A DNA stretch of 63,187 nt, filler included, from Licmophora abbreviata (Eukaryota), in NCBI GenBank assembly GCA_900291995.1. It is 4 parts of 4 records of this genome, joined end to end, with 100 filler letters (N's around TTAATTAATTAA, not from the genome) between each part and the next. Parts side by side here need not be neighbours in the genome. Positions count along the whole stretch, not along the records: positions 46,890 to 63,187 come from OLMU01000296.1; 3 more parts are not named here. The stretch is one strand, 5' to 3'. Position numbers and translations under genes: made by a program. Below the pieces are notes generated by a model. The model saw only the letters and a program-made list of their open reading frames with translations, was not told where the DNA came from and did no database searches. Shown here in pieces: positions 47,718 through 57,632 of the stretch. Position 1 is the first letter of the stretch. Every line of letters begins with the position of its first letter.

Positions 47718-47962
47718 TGTGGGACGGCCATCAGATGCGGCGCCAATACATCCGCAGCATGCATAGAACCTGGTCGGAGTTTGTGTACAATATATTCATC
47801 CTCACGAAACGGAGACAAACTCATTTGAAGGACCACACATCTGCGCTCCAAATGTCCGCGATGCTGCATTCTAAAAATTACATGAACGTTTCATTACCGA
47901 CAATCGACTGTCTCCTAAGAATATGCGGTCGTCCCGGTGTAGCTCGTTGCACAGACTGCAGG

Positions 47963-48343
47963 CTACAGAAGAGGTTCTTGGCCTTCCCGATTGTTTTCGT
48001 TGTTTGCTGTCCCAGCGTCCCTTTTCTTCTTGGTCTTGTCGCCTAGCAGGTCCGGGAAAAAAGAGTCGATGGACACTTCCCTGGGGTCCCCATCAGAATC
48101 TACAGTCAGACGCCGTGCCACGCCGTGCGTACCGTCCTTGCTATCTGCATCAAACAAGAGTTCATTGAGATCACGGTAGTCTGGGAATGTCTCAGGAGAT
48201 GGACGACAACAGCATCGCTTCAGTCGATCAAAACATGACTCGAATACATCCCATTTTAATACGCAAATCGTCAAGGCGATGCACAGTACAAAGAACGAAA
48301 AAACCACGATAATGGCCTCGAGCTCTTCACTGTGTGGCTGCAT
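47963..48343 (-). CDS. Small single-pass membrane protein
   Basis: MQPHSEELEAIIVVFSFFVLCIALTICVLKW TM segment, CCC cluster, C-terminal EGQEPLL. Confidence 0.5.
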   Translation of the reverse strand: MQPHSEELEAIIVVFSFFVLCIALTICVLKWDVFESCFDRLKRCCCRPSPETFPDYRDLNELLFDADSKDGTHGVARRLTVDSDGDPREVSIDSFFPDLLGDKTKKKRDAGTANNENNREGQEPLL

Positions 48344-48814
48344 GATGGTGATGCTGTCGTGTCTCACGTTCCAAACGCGTATTCCAGCAAAAATAAAAAT
48401 CTGTAATCGGGGCTGATAATACGTGAATATGTGGCTTTGCTTGTTAGAAGGAATAGTACATGGGAATAGACGTGTGTCTATATTGCCGGCGAAATCAACA
48501 TGTACAAGTTCACCATCATAATTGACACAGCCCGCGTTCTGATGAATGCCCGTGTCCACATCTGTTGCACAACGCGCGGACGTCGCGCGACGAACTTTGT
48601 GTTCTACATGCCGGCGACTTCTGGGTGTGCTAGACTACGTCAGGCGTCTATCTCTCAATCTGTGACCTGCAAGGCCGATATGCGATTGTGTAATGCCTAC
48701 TATACAGTTGTAGGGGTCGAAGAAAAAGTTGTACTCTAGTAGATTCCAGAACTATCGTAGTCTATTGCCCACGCGCAGCCGTGGTGTGACTTTCTCTCCC
48801 ATTTGGAGACACAA

Positions 48815-50127
48815 CTACTCTTCCTTATCCTCCTCGCTAACCTTCTTGTCCTCCTCTTTCGTGTCACTCGACCCCTCATTCAGGCTCCGAAGAGCGTTCT
48901 GAATCGCAGGGTCGTTTGGATCAACGCCGGAAAGCGAGCCGAGAAGCTGCATAGCAATTCAAATAGAAGACAACCGTGTGAGCGGAGGCAGATGGACATG
49001 TCCTGCTGGATTCATGCACCAACCATACGTACCTGGTTCACAAACTGAGGATCTTGGAACTGCTGCCCTTCTGTGTTGGAAGCTTCGTTCGGTGCATCTT
49101 CTTCGGCCTGCATGGACATCTGTAGCGCCATCTGCATGGCCGCATCCTCGTCTTCCACTTCGTCTGTTTCCATTCCAGGCTTGGCAGCAGCCGCATCGGG
49201 TACCGCGGCTTCATCTTCTTCTTCGTTCATCGACATGGCCAGCGCCTGCTGCAAGAGAGCTTCTTCTTCCGTCAATCCAATATCCGCGCCAGCCGCAGCT
49301 ACAGGCGCCTCGCCGGACGCGTCTTCCATTTCCGCATCCTTGCCCTCTTCCTGGGAGGAAGCTGCAGCGACACGCTCCTGACGAGCCCGTTCTTCCTCCA
49401 TGCTGACACGTAGAGCCATGGCGAGTTCAGGGTCCATGTTGGGATCGATGCCGCCAAAGTCGGCAAAGCCAGCGGTCCCCGCATCGGCTCCCCCTGGAAC
49501 GCCAGCTTCTGCGCCGCCAAAAGCTCCACCTCCACCTCCACCTCCACCTCCATGCACAATGGGCGATGAGGCAAGCACATCACTGGGAAGCACGCCAGCA
49601 GGAATCGTCACCAGATGACACGTTTGCTCTCCATCATCCGAACGTCCATTGGCAGCCTCCACCAATTCTCGCAGCTTGTCTTCGTTGTCTTGGAGCTCCC
49701 CCATGGCCACCACGTCGATGGCGACGTTGTTCTTCTTAAGCTGCTTTCCGGCCTTTGCGAGAGCTCGTGATGCAACCTCGTTCAAAGGCGACCCAACAAA
49801 TAAGACAATGCGCTGCGAACCGTTCTTGTTGCGACGATGCTTCAGGGCCAGGGATGCCACTTGAACACTTGCGGTGACATCGGCCACGTTCGATTTTAGT
49901 GGAATGCCGTTCAGAGCACCAAGAATCTTACCCACATCGTCAGTGGGACTGACGAGCAGCTCTGTTCCAGCTGAGACACCGACAGTACTTTCCGGATGAC
50001 TGCCTGTTTTTGCTCCCACCAAAAGATTGGCTGCATCCTGCTGTGCCTCAAGACGAGTAGGGATGTAGTCGCCATTTCTCATGTACTCAGAGTTGTCCAA
50101 CAGGATCATGCAGCTTTCCAACGGCAT
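48815..50127 (-). CDS. RPN10: 26S proteasome ubiquitin receptor Rpn10 (vWA plus UIMs); intron 49032-48947
   Basis: MPLESCMILLDNSEYMRNGDY.PTR, ALKHR.NKN..QRI..FVGSP, DPELAMALRVSMEE, further UIMs, FVNQ/LLGSLSGVDPND. Confidence 0.95.
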
Positions 50128-50481
50128 CGTGATGTAAAAAATAAGTCCGACGTTCTCGTGATAAATGAAGCAGATAAACACAAGAGTCAAACACCAGAGG
50201 GGACGAAGGCGATACGACGGGCAGGTCTATCGTCTTTGCTGTCTTCGTCATCTTCGTTTCGCTTCGCCATGGATCCTCCGTGAGAGCTCCGAGAAGGAAT
50301 CAGGAATCTGTAGAGCTCGACCGTCTGTCCGTAGCTCGGTCTCTCCTTCACTCGGCCGTGTGGTGCGACGATGACTTGCCACAAAAGGCCCCTTATTGCA
50401 ACTAAAGAATAAGTTAAAACCTTTCCAAGCCGAGTTATAGTAGGTCCCTTACAATCGCAATCTTCTACCACCTCCACTTCT

Positions 50482-51342
50482 TCATGCGACATCAGGAACT
50501 CCGCACCTCATGTTGGCGGGCACAGCGACATCAATCTTCTTGGGATACGCCAAGTTCAGGTTTTTCATAATGTCAACAAACTCATCCAGCGACTTGGAGA
50601 GCCGAGGGTTTGTCGTTTTCTCAGTGCCGACCGTACTGGAGAAACGTCCTTTGTAGTCGTGGGCTGGATACACGACACAATCCTCCGGGAGTGTAAAGAT
50701 CTGCGTGTGGACACTCTCGTAGAGCTTTTCCGCCGAGCCACCCTGGAAGTCGGTCCTACCACATCCTCCGATCATCAGGGCGTCTCCTGTTAAGACGAAC
50801 GACTTGTCGTCACTGACATAACTCAGACAACCATTCGTATGGCCTGGAGTAGCTCGCACCTCAATGAACCTCGAACCGAACGAGACACGATCGCCACTGT
50901 CAATGTGAATGTCCGCCTGGGCGTCCGATGCCGTAGAGATTACACTCTTGAGGTTGTCGACTTGATTCTTAAGGAGGTAGGTTCCCGTTATGTGGTCAGC
51001 ATGAGCATGAGTGTTGACACCGTACACAAGATTCAATCCCAGCGATTCGACCTCTTTCAGGTCCCGTTCGACTTGAATATCGACTGGGTCAACCAAAATT
51101 GCATCTTTCGTTTGCTCATCCCAAAGAAGATAGCTGTAGGTCGATGAATCGTCGTCGAAAAGCTGCTTGAATCCGATTGCTTCCCCGCTGCGCACGATAG
51201 AACCTCCCTTTGTCATGCTGACTTCAGTAGAGAACCGTAAACTACTAATGTGCTGATTCGGAAGTTTGGAGAGCGGACGAAGCTGATTCAAATTGCGTGA
51301 GACAAGAGAACGAAACAGAAGCATCCAAAAGAAGCGTGCCAT
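50482..51342 (-). CDS. ETHE1: Mitochondrial persulfide dioxygenase
   Basis: QLFDDDSSTYSYLL, NTHAHADHITG, TPGHT.GC, GCGRTDFQGG, YPAHDYKG, AVPANMRCG; presequence-like N-terminus. Confidence 0.94.
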   Translation of the reverse strand: MARFFWMLLFRSLVSRNLNQLRPLSKLPNQHISSLRFSTEVSMTKGGSIVRSGEAIGFKQLFDDDSSTYSYLLWDEQTKDAILVDPVDIQVERDLKEVESLGLNLVYGVNTHAHADHITGTYLLKNQVDNLKSVISTASDAQADIHIDSGDRVSFGSRFIEVRATPGHTNGCLSYVSDDKSFVLTGDALMIGGCGRTDFQGGSAEKLYESVHTQIFTLPEDCVVYPAHDYKGRFSSTVGTEKTTNPRLSKSLDEFVDIMKNLNLAYPKKIDVAVPANMRCGVPDVA

Positions 51343-51653
51343 CAGTATCTACAAAGAATTGTCCCGAGTGTGATTGTAATGGCATCTAGCAACAACCTCA
51401 TTCAGAGGCCGAAACGCGAACTCGCATCAGAGAACAGAGGGCGACAAGAGAAGGAAAAGATTTCCCTCTCGTCATCCCACCGGTTGCGCGCGCTTCGCCA
51501 ACACAAACGCGCAGCTAGCGATCATTCTCCGGGTTTCTTACGAGGTCTTTACAACGGCGCGCGATGCTTCCGTCGCCTTAGGTCTACTTCTAAGAAGTTT
51601 GCTGGAAAGAAAGATCACTGCACCTCCTCTATTACAGTGGGATGAGCCTTATT

Positions 51654-52564
51654 CTACCTCAAGAATGGGGTTGCGATTCCAGCTTCTACTCGCAGGTGAT
51701 TCGTAATAGTTTTTATTGCCACTTCCATGCTGTGACCGCTCGAGTGCACAATCAAGTCCGCTTCAATTTTGGACGGCTCTACGTACATGAAATGCATCGG
51801 TCGCACCGTCGAGTGATATTGTTCCAGCACCTCTTCCAGAGTTCTCCCCCGTTCCACTGTATCGCGAGAGAGTCGGCGAATCAGTCGAATATCCGAGTCG
51901 GCGTCCTGAAATAAAATGAAAGCGCGATTCTCAGTTTGTGGGTTCATTCCGCATCGACCAAAACCTGGGACGGCCTTTACACATATGGCACAAAAGACAT
52001 ACCACATAAACTTTCATGTCCATCTCCTTGACCAAGTCTCGATCCGTGAATATAAGTATTCCCTCTACCAGAATGATCTTGCGCGGTACCTTTTCTTCTG
52101 TCACTGCAGTCCGACTATGGGTCGAAAAGTCGTAAGTGGGAACCTGAACCGCATTTCCTGCTTTTAGGTCACGAATTTGTTGCACTAGCAAAGCTGTATC
52201 TAGACTATCGGGGTGATCAAAGTTTGTTGTGGCACGTTCCTCGACTGTCATGTGATTCAGGTCTGCGTCGCGGTGAGAAACGGCAAGTGAGTGCGCCTGC
52301 CGTAACGACGCTTTTCTTTCGAGCGGACACATTTAGGATGAATCTTACCCTTGTAATAACTGTCGTGTATAAGATACGTGACATTCTCTTCACCACCAAG
52401 TTGCTCGTAAAGAGACCTTGCAAGAGTCGACTGACGAGAGCCACGACACGTGAAACGTGAGCGGACGTATACGCCTCGTCTGTGTCAAGAGTAATTGCAA
52501 TTTTTCCTACCTTTCCGGCACCAGTTCCACCGGCGATTCCGAGCGTTATCTGGGGGGCACTCAT
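51654..52564 (-). CDS. Uridine kinase. Exons 52564-52511, 52430-52349, 52262-52003, 51905-51654
   Basis: GIAGGTGAGK/ST, HDSYYK/D, NFDHPDSLD, PTYDF..H.R, ILVEGILIF, D.RL.RR..RD..ERGR, VEPSK..ADLIV; three GT-AG introns in phase. Confidence 0.92.
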
Positions 52565-52868
52565 TGAGCCAAGATTTCCTCTCTTGGGTACAGATTCTGT
52601 CGACGCTGTGTCATGGTTGTTTGTGGTTTTGCATCATGGCGTTGCTATTGCCATCATCAAATCGTCGCCGCGCATCCCCGCGCGCATCATCTCTCATTCC
52701 GAATTCACGACACGATCAACTCGACTCAAGTGTCTCGGGGGTTCACACATCTCAGACCTAACGTAGAGCTGTGAGTTCTGTTGTGGTCGAACATAATCTA
52801 TTCATACATTAGCGTTCATTTTCCTGACTTGCGATAGCCTTGAAGCCTAGACAATACAATATTGAGTG

Positions 52869-53657
52869 TCAATCATACCAAACAGGGAAAGCTCGTTCTA
52901 CTGCAATCACCACGGCTTCTTTTCCTTGTATTGGTAGAAGAGTACCACTGGCTCCAATGACTTGATCAAAGTCTAGTCGCAGCAGACGCTCAAAGTCGTC
53001 GCGAAGATTTCTTTTCTTTGGTGACGACATCCTCAGCCATGCTGGACTCACGACCACCAAGTCTTCCAGCAGCCCCGCCATTTGCATCATCGTCCACGAT
53101 GGCGTGTTGACGAAGGGGTTGTCACGCTGATGTTGCAGTGCTTCAGATGTTACTAGAATGTTCCCTGAGCTGCGATGAAGCACAAGTGCTGCTTCAGGAA
53201 ACAAAGTGTCTTGGAATACAAACAGCTTCGAGTTTGGGACTGGGGAGTTGGCAGTCATGTCGAATCCATCTCGACATTGAAGATGGTAGACTTCAGGCGA
53301 CCACACGCGTGCATGAAACGTACGTTGGTAGTAGGAGTCGTAGATATCGTGCTGTGGGGAACTACTTAGTCGAACCACCCTGCGGATCTTGCCCAACCGT
53401 CGTAATTGGCGCTCGCCGTCCTTGTTCAGACGAACAGGATTGATGAGCGTCAAGTCGCGATTCGTGTCTCTGACGACAACCATGCTGCGATGTGTTCTGA
53501 GGACTCGCTTGTGACGAAGAGTAGCATAGACGATGAAGAGACTATCGTCGACTTCGTCGATTGCCTTTACCTTAAAGCAGGGGGGAGGCAGTGATGCCTT
53601 GGTATTCTTCGACTTGAGGGAAAATGGACCCATGATGACTGATTGAGCATTGGGCAT
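52869..53657 (-). CDS. DUF4336-like protein (degenerate metallo-beta-lactamase-like fold)
   Basis: RSMVVVRD...LTLINPVRL...L..LGKI..VV...HD, PEAALV, RLLRLDFD.VI. Confidence 0.55.
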   Translation of the reverse strand: MPNAQSVIMGPFSLKSKNTKASLPPPCFKVKAIDEVDDSLFIVYATLRHKRVLRTHRSMVVVRDTNRDLTLINPVRLNKDGERQLRRLGKIRRVVRLSSSPQHDIYDSYYQRTFHARVWSPEVYHLQCRDGFDMTANSPVPNSKLFVFQDTLFPEAALVLHRSSGNILVTSEALQHQRDNPFVNTPSWTMMQMAGLLEDLVVVSPAWLRMSSPKKRNLRDDFERLLRLDFDQVIGASGTLLPIQGKEAVVIAVERAFPVWYD

Positions 53658-54052
53658 TAGAGGGCATTAGCTGTGGTTCTGTGGCTTCTTTGGTAAATAG
53701 TGGTTGCGTTCCAGGTTTGTGAGCACCTTTCGAGGATCGTACTGATTGGTGAGTCTTGGCTGAATCATGGAGCTTTGGCAGAGTAGGGGTGTTGGACGGT
53801 CACGATCAAGGAAGTGCGGTTCCTGCGAAGTCCTCGCTTCTCGCGTTTGGATGCAGTCTTTTTGTGTGATTTGAGTTGGCGCGCCCAAAATGAGCGGGCC
53901 AGGTTCTTTGACAGAAATGAGTGTCTTATCCACGTTCATTTGTACACTTCAAACATACCAATGGGCCTACATGATCATGGATGCAAAACCTCTTCTTCTC
54001 GTGGCACCATGGCGACTTCACGGCGCGGCTTTGGCACAATTTTTGTCAGACA

Positions 54053-55768
54053 ATGACTCAGTCAACAGTAACGAAAACGGCATATGACGCCCTGACTGCG
54101 AAATGGTCTGCACTTTCGGCTGGACATGATGTTGTGGACGCCAACAGTGAGATTTACGGCGACCTCCTGAAGACGTTGGCTGCTCGACGGGTCGGACCGC
54201 CGAGACGACAAACTCCGCTCGTTAATGCAGGATATGCGGCCCGTATTTCCATTACAACACATGCCGTTCAGAAATTTATCCAATATCATGCAGAACATAC
54301 GACACCACGGCAGGTACAACTTGTCTGTCTCGGGTGCGGATTGGATGCCGTCGGCTTGTGGGCCCATTCCCTCCTGCCCGCCGCCGTGCGAGTGTTTGAA
54401 CTGGATGCATCGGAAATCGTAGTTGAGAAACGAGACAGCCTTATATCGAGTGGTCTCATAAAACCTGTGGGTGGGCTGCTCGACTCTGGTGAACTAGAAT
54501 TGCGCGGCAGAATCAACGGACCAGAGACCTACGCTTCGGCGTCAAATGATAGTGAATCTAACTATGCTCTCCTGTCCTGCGACTTGAGAAAGCCTGATCA
54601 GGTACGAGCAGCGCTTTCGTCGCTGGACCCGTACTCCCCTACGCTTGTGCTGTCAGAACTCGTCTTCGTCTATCTTGGTCGATCAGGACTCGACAACATT
54701 CTCGAGCTTTGCGCGACGGAACTCTGCATTGCCCCGGGGAGCGCGTTGGTGGCATACGAGCCACTTGGCGCGGGCAGTGCGAACGATGTTGTCAATTCCT
54801 ACAAACATGATTATTGTCGCCTCTTTCGAGAAAAGCTGCAGCGAGGCAGAGCATCAACGAGCCCATTGGAAGATACAACCGACGAACAAGTGTTTCACCC
54901 CCTGGGCGACTCCACTGAGCTCGTGGAAAATCGGTTCGAGGCTGCTGGATTTCCGTTTGCGTATGCTTGCTTGGCGGGGACTGCTGCAGCGTACGCCAGA
55001 AGCGCCAGTGCTCGTTTGATGGGTACCATGGAATCACCGGAACCTTTTGATGAGCATGCCGCTTTCACCTTGCACATGCACTCGTATACACTCGGATGCG
55101 CCTTCTCGAACGGGACGAGTCGGATGCTTAAGACAAGCATGTGCCCTTGGTCTAGCGCGTCTGTATTCGCTCTTTCAACTTTATCGAATGAAAATGCGAC
55201 AACATCAATTGGTCCACTCAGAAAAGACGACCAGCGGCAAGTTGCGGATCTGTTTTGTTCGACGTACGAGAAATTGGCAGAGAAGTATCCTGCCGTCCGG
55301 AGAATGGTAAAGACTGCATTGAAAACCGATTTGAGCTTCTCGACTGAACCATCCTTTTGGTTCATTGGTTCAACATACAAAACAAAAGGCGGAATCTTTG
55401 TAGTAGCGACCGAAACAGTGGCCGAGAAGAACAACGACGAGGTGACGCGTCGAGTAATCGGGTGTGTTGGTCTAAGCCGCTGCCAAGGTATCCGCGGAAG
55501 CAGCCGACTTCCGACGTTTGAAATTCATAGGCTGGCTGTCGACCCTGAATGCCGGGGGAAAGGTATTGGTAAGGCCCTGCTAGAGACGCTGGACAGATTC
55601 GTTCGATGGAAACTCAACTCAGACGAGTATCGTGTTCTCGCCACAACTCCAGCCTTGCTGTCCTCGGCGAACCAGCTGTATAAATCTTGTGGGTATACAT
55701 TGGAGAAAGAAGAAAAAATGGGCGAGCTTTCGATGTGTACGTACGCTAAAGGCGACAAATCATACTAG
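54053..55768 (+). CDS. Leucine carboxyl methyltransferase (LCMT/Ppm)-like domain fused to GNAT acetyltransferase
   Basis: T..DA..AK.SA, TPLVNAGY.AR, QLVCLGCGLD, CDLR, PTLVLSE.VFVYL, YEP, EPFDEH; GNAT EIHRLAVDPECRGKGIGKALL...A..LY...GY. Confidence 0.82.
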   Translation: MTQSTVTKTAYDALTAKWSALSAGHDVVDANSEIYGDLLKTLAARRVGPPRRQTPLVNAGYAARISITTHAVQKFIQYHAEHTTPRQVQLVCLGCGLDAVGLWAHSLLPAAVRVFELDASEIVVEKRDSLISSGLIKPVGGLLDSGELELRGRINGPETYASASNDSESNYALLSCDLRKPDQVRAALSSLDPYSPTLVLSELVFVYLGRSGLDNILELCATELCIAPGSALVAYEPLGAGSANDVVNSYKHDYCRLFREKLQRGRASTSPLEDTTDEQVFHPLGDSTELVENRFEAAGFPFAYACLAGTAAAYARSASARLMGTMESPEPFDEHAAFTLHMHSYTLGCAFSNGTSRMLKTSMCPWSSASVFALSTLSNENATTSIGPLRKDDQRQVADLFCSTYEKLAEKYPAVRRMVKTALKTDLSFSTEPSFWFIGSTYKTKGGIFVVATETVAEKNNDEVTRRVIGCVGLSRCQGIRGSSRLPTFEIHRLAVDPECRGKGIGKALLETLDRFVRWKLNSDEYRVLATTPALLSSANQLYKSCGYTLEKEEKMGELSMCTYAKGDKSY

Positions 55769-55812
55769 ATAACTCATAACAGCGACATATTGCGCTTCAT
55801 TCAGATAATTGT

Positions 55813-57135
55813 CTACGCGACCTTCTCCCCCAGCTCCTTGTTGACGAACTCCTTGAATGCGTCGACTGTGCGGACTTCAGACTCGTACTTGACCGCAGTT
55901 CCATCGGGCTTGATGATGTTCACGGTAGGGAAGGAGCTGGTGTTGAGCTCTGCCGTCACAAAGTCACGCACTTCGTCTCCACGGAAGCTGTAGACGTCCA
56001 TGTCCATCTCCTTGGCAAAGTCTTCGAACTGCTCCTCCATCGCCTGCGAGAACTGGCACCACGGAGCATAGACAACCATGACGGAAGCCTTTCCAGACTT
56101 TTTGATTTCGAGGGCCTCCTCGGTGGTCTCGACCTTCTTGACGCTGCTGGAGTCTTTCTCCCAAAGATCACGATCCCAAGTTCTCTCAGCACCGCTAACA
56201 TGGATACCGCATTCCGTCTTAGTAGACCCATCTTTGTTGGCAAGTCCAACAAAGCGACCCTTGCGCTCGTTTCCATAGTCAAGCCATTCAGGAGCATCGC
56301 CCTCAAACTTAAAGTCGACGAAGCGCACCGATCCATCCTCAGGAATAGGAATGGTGTCTTTGGCATCACCGATGGAGGGGTATCCCTTGGCATGGAGAGG
56401 ATGATGGGGAACCTTGTACTTGGCAAGGTAATCAAAGGTATCCTCGAAGGTCCAGTAAGCAAGAGGGTTGCACTTGGCAAGTCCGCCACCGATCGGGGCG
56501 TTCTCGAACAAGTCGATCCAAGCACGCTCGGCTCCCTGCCAACGAGTGCGTCCGTTGATCATGCAATCGGTCTCGAGAGTCTTGAGTCCGCGCTGGAAGG
56601 GCTCGACCTTGCAAACTCTGTCGTATTCATCAATGTTCTCTTTCCAGAGATCGGCGCCGTACTTCTTGTCATAGGCAGCCTTGTCGTCGACAGGAACGCC
56701 TTCGGCACAGAAGACTTCCGACTTGAAGCCATAGTGGTCTTCGATCTCTCGCAAGAAATCCATCGTCTCGGGGAAGAGGTGGAACGTATCGACGACCATG
56801 ACCTTGCACTTGGGATTCTCGCCCTTGAGGTAACCCATGCGGTCCAGCAGGTGGGTGATGACGCAGTCGCCGGCAATCATAGCATTCGGGAACACGGCGT
56901 TTCCGTAGTTTTCGCACGCGATCTTAAGCGCAAACATAGACTGCTCTTCCAAGTGCTTCAGGCGCATCTCCTTGGACTCGGCAATGTACGCCTCCTGGTC
57001 AAAAATCTCTTCGGCCATGCGCACAGCGACGGGACTAGTCTTCTGAGCCGCATTGGTCGAGAATGCAGCGCGAGGAGCAAAGGCCGACACGGTGGAGGCA
57101 CCAGCAATGGCAAGGACGACGGCGATGTACTTCAT
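55813..57135 (-). CDS. APR: Plastid APS reductase of the Fe-S-less APR-B type with C-terminal thioredoxin-like domain
   Basis: Signal peptide plus VSAFAP; VDTFHLFPET, CKVEPF, GRTRWQG, NPLAYW, GYPSIGD, ERKGRF, TECGIH; YAPWCQFSQ TRX-like domain. Confidence 0.9.
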   Translation of the reverse strand: MKYIAVVLAIAGASTVSAFAPRAAFSTNAAQKTSPVAVRMAEEIFDQEAYIAESKEMRLKHLEEQSMFALKIACENYGNAVFPNAMIAGDCVITHLLDRMGYLKGENPKCKVMVVDTFHLFPETMDFLREIEDHYGFKSEVFCAEGVPVDDKAAYDKKYGADLWKENIDEYDRVCKVEPFQRGLKTLETDCMINGRTRWQGAERAWIDLFENAPIGGGLAKCNPLAYWTFEDTFDYLAKYKVPHHPLHAKGYPSIGDAKDTIPIPEDGSVRFVDFKFEGDAPEWLDYGNERKGRFVGLANKDGSTKTECGIHVSGAERTWDRDLWEKDSSSVKKVETTEEALEIKKSGKASVMVVYAPWCQFSQAMEEQFEDFAKEMDMDVYSFRGDEVRDFVTAELNTSSFPTVNIIKPDGTAVKYESEVRTVDAFKEFVNKELGEKVA

Positions 57136-57632
57136 GGTGGAGAGCGTGTAGAAGAAAGACCTCAGTTGAGGTTGTGGGAAGGTGTATCTTGCAGAAAACC
57201 TTGGCGGCAAAACGAATGACGCGATTGGTTCTAATTTTGGAATGCGACCTCCATTTTGTGAGCTCTGCGAGCCACACAATTATCTCGTACTGTCGTACGT
57301 ATGAAATTCGTAGAAGAATGAAGAAGTACCGAACGCGCATCGCGCGAATTCCTGCGAGCTCTTGTTTCTCCGTCATCATGCGACCTCGTGAGCAATTCGA
57401 AAGCTCGACGGAGCTCATTTTTTATCATAGCAAGGACAGGCTAAAACGCATATCATACCAGCTCGAGGTAGTCTATCGAGTCAGTCTACAGTACAATAAG
57501 TGCGAAAGCACACCGTGAAGGTAGGTCTAAGCACTAGGCTTCAACGTGAGAGTGCTCCGAAAGGTAGCAACTGTAGCTCAATTCGGTGGTAAAGGCTACA
57601 AAGATCATTGGAACACATATTCAAATGTTTCT

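Noticed and set aside
50482..57135. Sulfur-metabolism cluster (ETHE1 and APR within 7 kb)
   Set aside because: Different compartments and opposing pathways, separated by unrelated genes; chance proximity is sufficient
56200..57219. 339-aa plus-strand ORF
   Set aside because: Antisense shadow of the codon-biased APR gene, with no recognisable motifs
57570..57600. GTAGCTCAATTCGGT, resembling a tRNA D-arm
   Set aside because: No anticodon arm, T-arm (GTTCRA) or acceptor stem follows
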